From positions 43,276,001 to 43,340,000 of the forward strand of contig OX597828.1 of the NCBI GenBank assembly GCA_951406725.2: a stretch of DNA of 64,000 bases. The letters run 5' to 3'. Positions within the stretch are counted from its first letter, which is position 1; every line of letters begins with the position of its first letter. The notes under the pieces are model-generated. The model was not told where the DNA came from and ran no database searches. It was given only the letters and a program-made list of their open reading frames with translations. This DNA is from Octopus vulgaris (Eukaryota). Below are positions 1-14,568 of this stretch, in pieces. A program made the translations under genes and the position numbers.

Positions 1-204
1 GGGAAGTAAGAGAGAGAGAATGAAACAGAAGAATTAAAGCTGGGTTTGTGTTCGGGCGCGCGCACGTGTGTGTTTGTTTTTTTTTTGTATGTAAATATAG
101 TGAAAGGAATTGACGAAAGAAGGATTGGGTAAAGACAGAAAGAGGTGCAATATAGTAAGAGAGAACGCAATCAGAAGCCAATGAGAAAGATTGATATATA
201 TATA

Positions 205-296
<92 letters not shown>

Positions 297-458
297 CATA
301 TATATTTAAATATATAAATATATATATACATACATATATATCCATATATAAATATATGTGTATATCTCTTCCTCTATCTTTCACTCAATATATATGGATA
401 AAATATATATATATATATATATATCCATATATATATATATATATCCATATATATATAT

Positions 459-514
<56 letters not shown>

Positions 515-538
515 ATATATATATCCATATATATATAT

Positions 539-610
<72 letters not shown>

Positions 611-860
611 ATATATATTGAGTGAAAGATAGAGGAAGAGAGGGAGAGACGAGGATAACAAACGGAAAGACAGCAAAGGAAAGTTAGAAAGACAGAGAGA
701 AAAACGAAGAGACATGTGTGGTGAACAATATTAAAATGCATTTTTCGTTGAAACAAATATGGCACCTCTTAATAGTTTAGAAGTGGGGGTGGTGGGGAGA
801 GTAAAGCCTTCGTCTGCAACAATTAATTACGACACCACCGCTGCCACCATCACCACCACC

Positions 861-905
<45 letters not shown>

Positions 906-1049
906 AACAACAGCAATAAAAACAAACAGCGGTAAAAACAACAACAGCACTAACAACAACAAACAACAATGACAAAATTACTATTGCGAGAAGAACAGTA
1001 AAGTAAAAGAACGAGAAGAGCGTCAACAGCACTAACAGTGATTTCTTTC

Positions 1050-1072
1050 ATTATAAATAATAATAATAACGA

Positions 1073-1131
<59 letters not shown>

Positions 1132-1648
1132 ATGATAATAATAATGATGATGATTGTGATGATGATGATAAAAATAATAATAATAGTAGTAATAATAATA
1201 ATGAGAAGAAGAGGAAGAAGAAAAAGAAGAAAAAGAAGAAGAAGAAGAATAAGAATAAGAATAAGAAGAAGAAGAAGAAGGAGATGATCATGATGATGAT
1301 GATGATGATGATGATAAAATAATAATAATAATGAAGAAGAAGAAGAAGAAGAAGAAGAAGAAGAAGAAGAAGAAGAAGAAGAAGAAGCAGAAAAATAATA
1401 ATAATGAGAAGAAGAAGAGGAAGATGAAAAAGAAGAAGAGGAAAAATAATAATAATGAGAAGAAGAGGAAGAAGAAAAAGAAGAAGAAGAAGAAGAAGAA
1501 GAAGAAGAAGCAGAAGAAGAAGAAGAAAAAGAAGATGAAGAAGAAGGAGATGATGATGATGATGATGATTGTGATGATGATGATAAAAATAATAATAATA
1601 GTAGTAATAATAATAATGAGAAGAAGAAGAGGAAGAAGAAAAAGAAGA

Positions 1649-1687
<39 letters not shown>

Positions 1688-1760
1688 AGAAGAAGAAGCA
1701 GAAGAAGAAGCGGAAGAAGAAGAAGAAGAAGAAGAGGAACAACAACAGCAACAACAATGA
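1050..1760. repeat. Compound trinucleotide microsatellite (ACT/GAT/AAT/GAA) with higher-order duplication
   Basis: Direct reading; block 1145-1210 recurs at 1560-1625. Confidence 0.9.
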
Positions 1761-2905
1761 CAAATATAAAAAAGACAAATAAGAAAGAATTGCATCCCGT
1801 CAGCAGCTCACAGTCAACGTGTTTGACAGATCGATGCATTAAGGCCGCTTAAGTAACTAACCAATGATATTGTCCGCTTGATTAACAGTCCTAATAGGGT
1901 AATTGATAGCTGGGCTTGAACACACCAGCATCAATACCAATGAAGTGACACCTGAGCCAGCCAGATAAGTCTGGCAGGCAAGAATTCTTCAGCCACTCGA
2001 CAACAATTACGGAGAATGCGAAGCTAAAACAAGGAAAGTGAGATATGGAGGAAAGAAGAGCAAAGTGTAAGGGAAAGAAATCTTAGCTAGGACATAAACA
2101 TGCATACACACACGCACACACACAAACACACACTCGCACATATATACATATATATATATATATCCCATAATAGCTCATACATCCACAAATACATATATAT
2201 ATATATATACATAGATATATACAAACTCGCTAACATGCATACATGCATAGATGCATACTTGCAGAGGAAGCATATCGGCCCGCTGGCGTCGTGTTAAAAA
2301 GCGGGGGTAAAAATAAAAAAGAGAAAGACGAAGTAATGGAAGCCTGTATTCCAAGTAACCAACAATAAATGGTCGTTTATCATTGAACAAAATTTGTTGG
2401 ACGACTTTAATAGAGAGCAAGAGGGAAAAAGAGCTGTCATTCAATGTCTTCGCTCGTTGGTGCCACGGGGCCATTCTGCGTTCGCGCCATTCTCTACGAT
2501 ACAATGATAATGACATTCGGTTAGTCTCTGCAGAGACTCTTATCACGTTGATTGTTGTTGTTGTTGTTGTTGTTATTGTCGCTGTAGTTGTAGTTGTTCT
2601 CGTTCTAGATGACGTCACATTTTTGTTGTCATTCTATTGCTGAGGCCATGTGGCAAGAACCAATTATTTTCATTATTATCATTGTTGTAGTTGTTATTGT
2701 TATTAATTATTATTATTACTATTATTATTATTATTATTATTATTATTGTTGTTGTTGTTTCTGTAATTTATTTTAATCAATATTTTACTCTATAAATACA
2801 AATATATATACATACAGACACGCATAAATATATAGGCACACGCACACGCATACACACCCCATCCGTGTAATGTGTATATATATACGTGTGTGTGTGTATG
2901 TGTGT

Positions 2906-3150
2906 GGAGGCGCGTGGCTTAGTAGTTACGGTGTCAGCATCATGATCGTAAGATTGTGGTTTCGATTCCCGGACCAGGCGACGCGTTGTGTTCATGGGCA
3001 AAACACTTCATTTCACGTTGCTCCAGTCCACTCAGCTTGCAAAAATGAGGAACGCTGCGATGGACTTGCGTCCCGTCCAGCTGGGGAACACATACGCCAT
3101 AGAAACCGAGAAACCGGGCACATGAGCATGGCTAGGCTTTAAAAGGGCGC
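2906..3150 (+). mobile_element. tRNA-derived CORE-like SINE
   Basis: A box TGGCTTAGTAG, B box GGTTTCGATTCCC, TGTGTTCATGGGCAAAACACTT CORE-like block. Confidence 0.75.
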
Positions 3151-3153
3151 ATT

Positions 3154-3218
<65 letters not shown>

Positions 3219-3231
3219 CATATATATAAGT

Positions 3232-3328
3232 GAGGTGTATGAAAAATCTTGCGCCTCAAAAAGAGAAAACATAGTACAAGACTTCAAGGCTTAAAGGCTT
3301 TGAAGGCTCACAACATTTCATACACCTC
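3232..3328. mobile_element. Small MITE (Tc1/mariner-like termini)
   Basis: 13-bp perfect TIR GAGGTGTATGAAA / TTTCATACACCTC between (TA)n tracts. Confidence 0.55.
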
Positions 3329-3330
3329 TC

Positions 3331-3378
<48 letters not shown>

Positions 3379-3511
3379 GGTTTAGTTCACTGGTGATCTA
3401 AAGGAATGTGTACGCTGTTATAATTGGTCGTCCATTAGGTTCCAAAATCACAGCTGAAGTTGGAACTAAGGATCCGTGTTAGCAGTTATAGAGTAATAGG
3501 TCAATAAGAAC

Positions 3512-3801
3512 CAAGGCAAGACGCGTATCTCAAGTCATTTATAATAATTTCATTAGAGTAAGCTGGATTTGAAGACTTACAGCTATTTCTGGGATATTCC
3601 AAGCGATAGGCTAGCTTTTCTGTACGTTTCTGTAATATCCCAAGTGATAGGCCAGCATGCCCGTACATTGGGTATTCCGTAATACCCAGTGTACTGCATG
3701 GTAGCCTATCAGTTGAGATATCCCAGAAAAAGCTGTAAGAATTCAAATTCACCTTACTTTAATTACATTATTATAAATGACTTGAGATATTTCTTACCTT
3801 G
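3512..3801. repeat. Imperfect foldback (long hairpin) element
   Basis: 3526-3548 is the perfect reverse complement of 3767-3789; further paired blocks inward; apical hairpin GTACATTGGGTATT ccgt AATACCCAGTGTAC. Confidence 0.8.
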
Positions 3802-3840
3802 ATGTTTTGGTCCTTTTCCTACAACACATACATATATATA

Positions 3841-4400
<560 letters not shown>

Positions 4401-4636
4401 AAATGAACGAACTAAGGAAAGCAATTCCTTTACGTTCCTTTACGTGTGAAACATCCAATTCACTTGTACGTCAGATAAATACCACAGAAATAAGAGTATA
4501 TTGTTGTTGCTTTTGGTTTTTAATAACTTTTTATGTTATCTAAAATTATATTATATACATAGTATATTACGTTATATTATCATGTAAATAAATTATTACA
4601 TTGTCAATTGTATCTCTCTTTTCAATTTATTGCTTG

Positions 4637-4734
<98 letters not shown>

Positions 4735-4819
4735 ATATGTATGCATGTATGTATGTATGTATGTATGTATGTATGTATCCCCACACCGAAACACCAATCT
4801 CACACCTCGCACAATATAT

Positions 4820-5020
4820 ATTTGTGTGACTGCGTTTGCCCCCTCACCATCCCTTGACAACAAATGTTGGTGTGTTCACGTCACCGTAGCTTAGCGTTTT
4901 GGCGAAAGAGACCGATAGAATAAATACTAGGCTTACAAAGGATAAGTCCTGGGGTCGATTTGTTCGACTAAAGACGGTACTCCAGCATGGCCGAACTCAA
5001 ATGACAGAAAACAAATAAAA
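4820..5020 (+). mobile_element. SINE family A, 3' half
   Basis: Homology to 7240-7440. Confidence 0.8.
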
Positions 5021-5117
5021 GGTATTTCATTTAAGGTATTTCATACAGGTATCACGTTTAAGGTTTAAGACTCAGCACCATAAATAGATTTGTACGAGTC
5101 GAATAACGCATTGGGGA

Positions 5118-5545
5118 AGGCGCTGTGCTGGCAGAAACGTTATCACGCCGGGCAAACTGCTTAGCAGTATTAAGGCGGCGAGCTGGCAGAAACGTTAGCG
5201 TGCCGGGCGAAATGCTTAGCGGTATTTCGTCTGGCGCAACGTTGAGAGTTCAAATTCCGCTGAGGTCGACTTTGTCTTTCATCCTTTCGGGGTCGATAAA
5301 TTAAGTACCAGTTACGCACTGGGGTCGATGTAATCGACTTAATACCTATGTCTGTCCTTGTTTGTCCCCTCTATGTTTAGCCCCTTGTGGGTAATAAAGA
5401 AATAAGTATTACGTCTGTCTTTATGTTCTGAGTTCAAATTCCGCTGAGGTCGACTTTGACTTTCATCCTTTCGGGGTGGATAAATAAAGTACCAGTTGCG
5501 TACTGAGGTCGATCTAATCGACTGGTCACCTCCCCACAAAAAAAA
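5118..5545 (+). mobile_element. tRNA-derived SINE family B (Nin/Deu-like block), internally tandem
   Basis: GGCGGCGAGCTGGCAGAAACG head, GAGTTCAAATTCC B box, and CTTTCATCCTTTCGGGGTCGATAAATTAAGTACC block repeated. Confidence 0.85.
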
Positions 5546-5922
5546 TTTCGGGCCTTGTACCATATGCTTATTCGAAGGTTATTGGTGGTTTCCTATATGA
5601 TTAGACATAATGGAAGCGTAAGCACTAGCGAAGATGATGTGATTCATTTTGGGATTGTCACACTCAGTCTTTGGTCACTAATGATAGTCTGTTTTAGTTT
5701 TAATGGAGTCATAATACTTCTCCTGTGGTCTTATCCAGTACCGGAATTATATCTTCTTCTTCTTCTTCTTCTTCTTCTTCTTCTTCTTCTTCTTCTTCTT
5801 CTTCTTCTTCTTCTTCTTCTTCTTCTTCTTCTTCTTCTTCTTCTTCTTCTTCTTCTCCTCTTCTTCTTCTTCTTCTTCTTCTTCTTCTCATTATTTTTAT
5901 TACTACTGTTATTATCATTTTT

Positions 5923-5960
<38 letters not shown>

Positions 5961-6008
5961 TATTATCATTAGTAGTAGTAGTAGTAGTAGTGGTAGTAGT
6001 AGTAGTAT

Positions 6009-6049
<41 letters not shown>

Positions 6050-6109
6050 TCGTTATTATTATTATTTATATACCAAGAATTGTACCAATATGCACAATAA
6101 TGGCGTAGT

Positions 6110-6533
6110 CAAATGTTTGTTACTTGTATCAGTCATCAGACTGCAGCCATGTTGGGGCACCGACCTGAAAAATTTTAGTCGAATCGACAACAGTACTCGT
6201 TTTCTTAAAGCCTTGTAATTATTATATCGGTTCCTTATTGGAACCGCTAAGTTACCGGACGTTAGCACATCAACACCGGTTGTTAAGCGGTGATGAGGGA
6301 CAGACATACAGACACAAACAGCGACACAGACACACACAACACACACACGAACACACAAATAAACACACATATAACGATCTTTCGGTTTCCATCTAACAAA
6401 TCAGTTCACAAAGCTTTTGATCAGACCGAGGCTATAGTAGAAGACACTTGCCCTATGTACCACGCACTGGGACTGAACACGAAGCCATGAGATTAGGAAG
6501 CAGACTTTCTTACCACACAGCCACATCTGTGCC
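6110..6533 (-). mobile_element. SINE family A
   Basis: Reverse-complement homology to 7039-7452. Confidence 0.8.
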
Positions 6534-7038
6534 TTAATTCAGAACGAATCTCTGTCCTCCAACATCATATCAGCATAAAGGAATGTATTCACACAAATGG
6601 ATTTGATAAGGCGGAGTCGGCGGAGAGACACTTACATCCAACAGAACAGCGGGAATTCTAACATTAAGCAATCTACTCTCATCTACAAAGTGAATCCCGG
6701 TTGTCGACAATAGACGCGAAATGCGGAAGACAGAGAGGTTATTAGGACAATACCTGTCTCTAAATGTCCAAACATCACGAGATGCTTTACTGCGTAGAAG
6801 TTAATTGCTCGTTACTATATTCGGCAATCTGCTCGTAAATATAATCCATAATCACTTTATAAAGGGGTTATTGACACTGAAATATCGAAATTTTAAACGA
6901 AATCAGCTGTTTAGTCTCTCTTATAGTTCCATTCTCTATTTCCGTTTTGCATTCTGATAATTTTTAACGCAATATTTGCATAGATACATATGCATATATG
7001 GATGAGCGTGGGCGTATATGTATGTCTGTATATACATA

Positions 7039-7452
7039 GGCGCAGGAGTGGCTGTGTGGTAAGTAACTTGCTTACCAACCACATGGTTCCGGATTCAGTC
7101 CCACTGCGTGGGATCTTGGGCAAGTGTCTTCCACTATAGCCTCGGGCCGACCAAAGCCTTGTGAGTGGATTTGGTAGACGGAAACTGAAAGAAGCCCGTC
7201 GTATATATGTATATATATATATATGTGTGCGTGTATGTTTGTGTGTCTGTGTTTGTCCCCCTAGCATTGCTTGACAGCCGATGCTGGTGTGTTTACGTCC
7301 CCGTCACTTAGCGGTTCGGCAAAAGAGACCGATAGAATAAGTATTGGGCTTACAAAGAATAAGTCCCGGGGTCGAGTTGCTCGACTAAAGGCGGTGCTCC
7401 AGCATGGCCGCAGTCAACTGACTGAAACAAGTAAAAGAGTAAAGAGTAAAGA
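7039..7452 (+). mobile_element. tRNA-derived SINE family A (CORE-like block), full length
   Basis: A box TGGCTGTGTGG, B-box-like GGATTCAGTCC, CTTGGGCAAGTGTCTT block, internal TA/TG tract, (AAAGAGT)n tail; many copies in the window. Confidence 0.9.
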
Positions 7453-7492
7453 GTATATATATGCATGTGTTTGTATATATGTATACATATGA

Positions 7493-7536
<44 letters not shown>

Positions 7537-8867
7537 GAAAGTATGCATGTGTGTATATGTATGTTTGTGTGTGTATGTGAGTGGGCCTATCTATATATGT
7601 TCATCCCTTGTTCCTTTTTGGATCGCAGTTATTACAAGGGAGATAACCGTTTTTCCATAATATTTGGCAGGATTAGAAATTTGAATTTGAAATTAAATTA
7701 AATAATTATAAGGAAGACGATGCACAGCATTCACAAATATGCCTTTTTTCACTTATGAAAAAATTATTAAAGTTTGTTGTCGTTGATAAACATATATAAT
7801 ACTATTTCACTCTTTGGAAATCGTCAGCATGATATAACCTATAAGTTATTAAATTAAGCACTTTGAGGTGACATGCTTCATTAAAGACTGGAATTCACAA
7901 CGAAGCTCAACACATCCCTTGATGCTGATATTTTGTTAGATGACAGTGTTTTTTTATGGAATATGTTCCCTTTTCTTTTTCCACGTTGAACAGATGCACT
8001 ATAGGAATCAACAGAAAAGAAAGTTCGTTTACATACAGGATAATAACTGTTTGTAGTGAATTATATTAGGCAATACATGCTGCTTTATCTACTAGCAACT
8101 TTAAAGAACCACTTTTCCGAAATAGTTTTCGTAGCTTAAATATTCGTCCCATGCAACTATTTCGCAACAGACATTTATACTTAAACATAAGTAATTTACC
8201 ATCCTCAAAAGTTAAAATAGATTTTCGTGAAATGATACCAGGAGTTTCTCAAAGCAATTAGTTCCCTGCTGCCCAAAGATATTATAAGACACAGTCACAA
8301 TTTCATAATATTCAGCAAGATTAGAAATTTGTGTTCGAATTTGAGGAATTTCAGTTTAAAATTAAATAATTGCAATTAAGGATTCAAGGAAAAAAATGTT
8401 GCGGAGAATTCGCTTAATAAATTCTTCTTTAATTATTATCAGGTTTGTAAAATTCCTAGGTAACAGTAATCCACGATATTCATGCATAGAACTATTTCAT
8501 TCCTTTTTAGAAAGCACCAGCATTATTTAAGATTTTACTGTATATGTATATATATGTATATATGTGTGCATATATATATATATATAAGGACGTCCCGCTT
8601 TGGTAGGCAAGGTGGGCAGTGCCTACCTTGAATAAAATAGATCGATAGAAACATTTTCTTCTCATGGCAAAATATGCACCTAATTCAATACAAGTATGAA
8701 GGTTACTCTGATTACTATGCATAAAATACAAAATGTTTTATTTTTTTGTAGATTGCATAGGCATATTTTGTCCCTGCCTTTCACTCTCAACAACAACAGC
8801 AACAACAACAACAGCAATAATAATAATAATAATAATAATAATGATAATAATAATAATAATAATAATA

Positions 8868-8975
<108 letters not shown>

Positions 8976-9246
8976 ATAATAATAATAATAAGAAGAATAC
9001 TAATAATAAGACAGTCATTAGTAACAATGTAATGCGGTAGTACCCGTGCTGAGTATATTTCTACAACACTGTTTTCTTTACGTGCTATAAAGGCAGAAAT
9101 AGATCTGCCTTTAACTCAGTTGCGCGCCTGTGTTTCGCATATTTTTTGTGTGTTTTATTACATAAAGCTCACCAACTGCCTATACTGAGTACTTACTGAG
9201 TGTTACTTCATTTTGTTTCGGAATTCGAATACACATACATATATAT

Positions 9247-9455
9247 GTGGGGAGAGTTTACGAAAAAAACAAAAGACGAAGACAGGTGGTGTACAAAACA
9301 AACAGATGTATTAGTGTAACGCTCAGGAATAGAAAAAGTATTTTACGTTTCGAGCCTACGCTCTTCTACAGATAGGGACACAGAAAAAACAAGGAGAGGA
9401 ACAAGAAGAGAAAAAAGGAGAGAAAAAAGGAGAGAAAAAATGTGTGTAGTGGCTA
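9247..9455 (-). mobile_element. PLE 3'-end fragment with HHR motif (about 9341-9375, core CUGUAGA)
   Basis: Visibly homologous to 41670-41860 (aacaaaagacgaag.caggtgg, gtattagt, cgtttcgagcctacgctcttc); TA-flanked. Confidence 0.8.
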
Positions 9456-9746
9456 TATATGTGTATGTATATCAAATATTATCTATACATATGTTTGTGT
9501 GTGTACGGTGGTCACGTTCGTGCATACGTAGGTCTGTATATATGTGCATGTGTAAGTGCCTCACTGATTTGAAAAGTTTCATTAGGAGAAGACCCGAAAT
9601 AGCTCACAACACTTAAATAGCAAAGATATCTTTAAGTTCCTATCTATCCATATATCTATACAAATACACCGATATAAAAATATATATTTATTGAATTAAT
9701 TAAACGTCTTAGTAAACTGAAAAATGCATGTCATGTACAAATATTA

Positions 9747-9908
9747 TGCGCAGGATTGGCTGTGTGGTAAGTGGCTTGCTTACCGACCACATGGCCCTGG
9801 CTTTACTCCCATTGCGTCGCACGTTGGGCAAGTGTCTTCTACTATAGCCTCGGGCCGACCAAAGCTTTTTGAGTGGATTTGGTAGAGGGAAACTGGAAGA
9901 AGCCCGTC

Positions 9909-9966
<58 letters not shown>

Positions 9967-10220
9967 GCGCGTGTGTGTGTGTGTATGTGTGTGTGGGTGC
10001 GTGCATCTGTGCATCTGCGTTTATCCCCCGACATCGCTTGACAACCGATGCTGGCATGTTTAGGTCTCCGTAACTTACCGATTCGGCAAAAGAGACTGAT
10101 AGAATAAGTACTACGCTTACAAAGAATAAGCTCTGGGGTCGATTTGCTCGAGTAAAGGTGGTGCTCCAGCATGGCCGCAGTCAAATAACTGAAACAAGTA
10201 AAAGAACAAAAATAAAAGAA
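9747..10220 (+). mobile_element. SINE family A
   Basis: Homology to 7039-7452. Confidence 0.88.
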
Positions 10221-10451
10221 TATCTATATGTATATCTATCTATGTATCTATGTATCTATCTATATACGTATATATATATGTGTATATATATTCATATGTA
10301 TGTATGTATATATATGTGTGTGTATATATTTGTATTTATATATATATATTAATATATAGCTGACAATATATTAATATATATATAAATGCATGTATCTATA
10401 TATATGTATATATATATTATATATATATATATATATATATGTATTATATAA

Positions 10452-10493
<42 letters not shown>

Positions 10494-10500
10494 CATATAC

Positions 10501-10539
<39 letters not shown>

Positions 10540-10579
10540 ATATATATATATATATGATATATATAGATTTATATATATA

Positions 10580-10629
<50 letters not shown>

Positions 10630-10771
10630 TATACATATTATATAGCATATAACACTATATACATACACGTGCATTCTATGAATACAATCTATATTCAGTC
10701 GCTTGACATTTCCATCTTAATAAGTAGCAGCGAACTTGTTAATTAAGAAAGCGATATAGCTATGATATATG

Positions 10772-10802
<31 letters not shown>

Positions 10803-10815
10803 CATGCATATATAC

Positions 10816-10860
<45 letters not shown>

Positions 10861-11380
10861 TATATATATATGTATTCTAATAAGTCCGTACTTTACACCA
10901 TATGTAAGAGTTCTCTTATTAGAACGGCTGAAGACGATTCTGTTCACTATGTTGCAGCCAGTCGTAATAAGATCGATGATTCCAATCTGTGACCTTAGCA
11001 GTCACAGCTGGAATGTTGTAACTATGATCCGTCTATACAAAGGTTGCCTGGTTCACGCAAGGTTGACGGATGAGGTTTTCATTCCGCTGGTCGTATTCAA
11101 TCAATATTTGAGAAGAACAGGAAAGAAGCAGCATCTTAGTTCTGGTGGTGGATGAGAAAGGGTAAAACTAGCGATCGCACGGTATATGTGTATCTCCTGA
11201 AAACTGGGTGCGTATGTTTATCTGATTTTATTAATGTACGTACACACACCGACACACCCACACACACACATGTGATACTTGACACTTTTAGTGTATTTGT
11301 GTTCCTGCACTGGGTGGAAGTATGTAACGTGTACGTTGTTTAAATTGACTGTTTATGTCAATATACCCTTGTGTCCTAGA

Positions 11381-11419
<39 letters not shown>

Positions 11420-12239
11420 AGTATATTAATCATTCTATATGGTTTTGCACGTACATAGGTACATATAGATAGATACATGCATACATAGAAATACATACAG
11501 AAAGAGAGAAATAAATACAGGTGTATAGGCGGTGAGTGAGAGGTATAGACTTTGATATGTAAAGATAGATGCATACTGATGTATAGTTATTTGCATACCA
11601 AAATGCGAAAATATTAACATATGTATCCAAGGGTGCAGATGTATTATTTAGTAGAGTTGAGGAACTTGTGGAAGACAAGAAGACTTTTAGGCTTGGTGTC
11701 TGATTAATTTTTCTGTATTAAATATATAACATTATTGACATATACGTAAATTTGTGTTCTTGTACACACCCACCACCGCCATGCACACTCCCACACCCAC
11801 ACAAACACATAATACCAGAACATAGACAATATACACACATACAAATATACACACGCACGCACGCAACACGCATAGACAAAGATAACTTTCGCCCACATAC
11901 ATACATAATGCACATGCACACTATGTGCACACGACGACACGCACACACAAATACGCATGTAAACACACCATGTATAAAAGAACACTTCAACTGCTATACA
12001 AAACACACACACACACTTACACACGCACATACATGAAACGCACTTACACCCATTCACACATACACATCCCCATTCACACACCATTCTTACATAGACACAC
12101 AAGCTTGCGCTCCTCTTCTTGTAGGGATCACCATGAATCATCTCCCTTCAAGTCAACCTCTATTATTATCTCCCTTTCATTCAACATCTTTTTTTCCAAA
12201 CCATCGCCATGTTAGACCACTGAACTCAACAGGCTATTT

Positions 12240-12397
12240 ACATTTCCTCAATTTGTTTTCCCTTATTCCTTTCTGTCGAAGAGCGTAAGCTTGAAATATA
12301 AAAAACAATTCCATATATTTCCCGAGCATTAAACTAATCCACTTGCTTGTTGTTCCTACACCTGTTTTCTTCTTTGTTTTTCTAGAAATTTGAACTG
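12240..12397 (+). mobile_element. Diverged PLE 3'-end fragment with HHR motif (12270-12303, core CUGUCGA)
   Basis: ttt CTGTCGA A GAGC gtaa GCTT GAAA TATA aaa. Downstream sequence matches the PLE terminus and ends at (TA)n. The CA-rich 11750-12240 stretch may be more of its 3' UTR. Confidence 0.65.
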
Positions 12398-12431
12398 TAT
12401 GTATATATATATATACATACACACACATACA

Positions 12432-12542
<111 letters not shown>

Positions 12543-12835
12543 GTATATATATATATGTGTGTGTGTGTATGTGCATATGTATATATGTATATATGTATAT
12601 ATATTTCTAGCAAACATTGGTGTCTTGTTCAGTATGTTCTATAATTGTCGAAGAGATTTTCAATTTTTGGGACAATTGAATGAAGTAAATAAAATAATTA
12701 TGAATACATACATACTTATGCATTATGAAGAAATAATAGTAATAACAAAGTTCTATAAATAAAATGTCAAATGTTTTGATGTGTGATTTTTTTCCCAAAC
12801 TGTACACACACACATATATTTATATATATACATAA

Positions 12836-12929
<94 letters not shown>

Positions 12930-12949
12930 TATATACATATATATTTATA

Positions 12950-13117
12950 TGTACCTATATTATTTGCATTATTTACATTTGACGGATATTTGTCCTCAAC
13001 TTGTTTGTTGTTAACACAACGTTTCGGCTGATATAACCTCCAACCTTCATCAGGTGGCTTGGGGAAATTTCGAACCTGGGTTTTCGTTCCTAAAGTATTT
13101 TTCGATGTTGTTGTTGC

Positions 13118-13193
<76 letters not shown>

Positions 13194-13270
13194 TAGGTCA
13201 CTGCCTCGAATCGTACACCAAATCTTGGGGTTAGTAGCCCGCGTTCTTAACCGCTACACTATATGCCTGT
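12950..13270 (-). mobile_element. Composite short element: tRNA-derived head + (AAT)n + hammerhead-bearing tail, ending in (TA)n
   Basis: Minus strand: A-box-like TAGTGTAGCGG (13261-13251), anticodon-arm-like GGGCTACTAACCC, degenerate B box GTACGATTC (13216-13208), then (AAT)n, then HHR at 13056-13015. Confidence 0.65.
13015..13056 (-). ncRNA. Minimal hammerhead ribozyme motif, canonical core
   Basis: CAC CTGATGA A GGTTG gaggttatat CAGCC GAAA CG TT GTG. Stem I CAC/GTG, stem II with one G-U pair, palindromic helix III. Confidence 0.8.
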
Positions 13271-13342
13271 GACCTGAATAATAATAATGATAATAACAAC
13301 AACAACAGCAACAACAATAAAAACACCAACAACAACAACAGC

Positions 13343-13380
<38 letters not shown>

Positions 13381-13410
13381 TAACAATAATAATAATAATA
13401 ATAATAATAA

Positions 13411-13474
<64 letters not shown>

Positions 13475-14154
13475 TGTAGTTGTAGTAGTAGTAGTAATAA
13501 TAATAAGAATAAGAAGAATACGAATAATAAGGCAGTCATTAGTAACAATGATAATTCTGTGTTTTTTGTGTTTGTTTATACATCTGCGTTGTGCATTCTT
13601 ACTCTCCTTACGGAAAGCTAAAGAGTTTCTGTTGCTATTTTTTCACAGTTTGAAATGTGGGTTAAACCACAAATACGTTTAAGATACGGACATACCACCA
13701 CTGAATCTCCATCTTCACAGTGAATGGAAGAGAAGCACATGCTTCAACGCTCAACGCTTGTAGGAGTAATCTCAAATAGTGAATACCAATTTGCCACATT
13801 ATAATACATTAGCACTAATATATCTTTTTACAGTTACCTGTATTTCAGTATGGTTTAAATATTCATGTGGGACATAACTCAACGGAGATAAATATTTCTT
13901 TGGAGGAATAATTTTCAATTATTTTTCTTGCAATATTGGGCATATGCAAGGTGAATGCCATAAAAAATTTAAAAGATTAAAAATAAGAGGAGTATTATGA
14001 ATATATTTCGAAATAGGCACATAATGTAAGAGGTGCAAATTATCAATGGATAAATTGTTATAACGTTTGTGGAATAGAGAGCTGAGGAAGGAAACAGAGA
14101 GAGAGAGAGCAAATCTTACGGGGAAATTGCTATTTCACCAATTCACCATGCATT

Positions 14155-14336
14155 CTTATATTCTTTTATTTGTTTCAGCCATTTGACTGCGGCCATGCTG
14201 GAGCACCGTCTTTAGTCGAACAAATCGACCCCAGTACTTATTCTATCCGTTTCTTTTGCCGAACCGCTAGTTTACGCGGACGTAAACACATCAACATCGG
14301 TTGTCAAGCGATGGTGAGGGGACAAACATAGACACA

Positions 14337-14371
<35 letters not shown>

Positions 14372-14568
14372 CAGGATTCTTTCAGTTTCCGTCTACCAAA
14401 TCCACGGACACACAAACATACACACGCGTACACGCACACGCATATAAGGCTTTGGTCGGCCCGAGGTTATAGTAGAAGACACTTGCCCAACGTGCCGCGC
14501 AGTGGGACTGAACGCAGAACCATATGGTTAGTAAGCAAGCTTCGAAATACACAGCCACTCCAGCGCCT
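14155..14568 (-). mobile_element. SINE family A
   Basis: Homology to 7039-7452. Confidence 0.88.

Noticed and set aside
6636-6682. Possible 47-nt minus-strand exon (tttgtag...gtaagt)
   Set aside because: Splice signals alone are expected by chance; no recognisable peptide
13196-13270. tRNA gene call for this and other SINE heads
   Set aside because: Incomplete cloverleaf, decayed B box and attached SINE bodies
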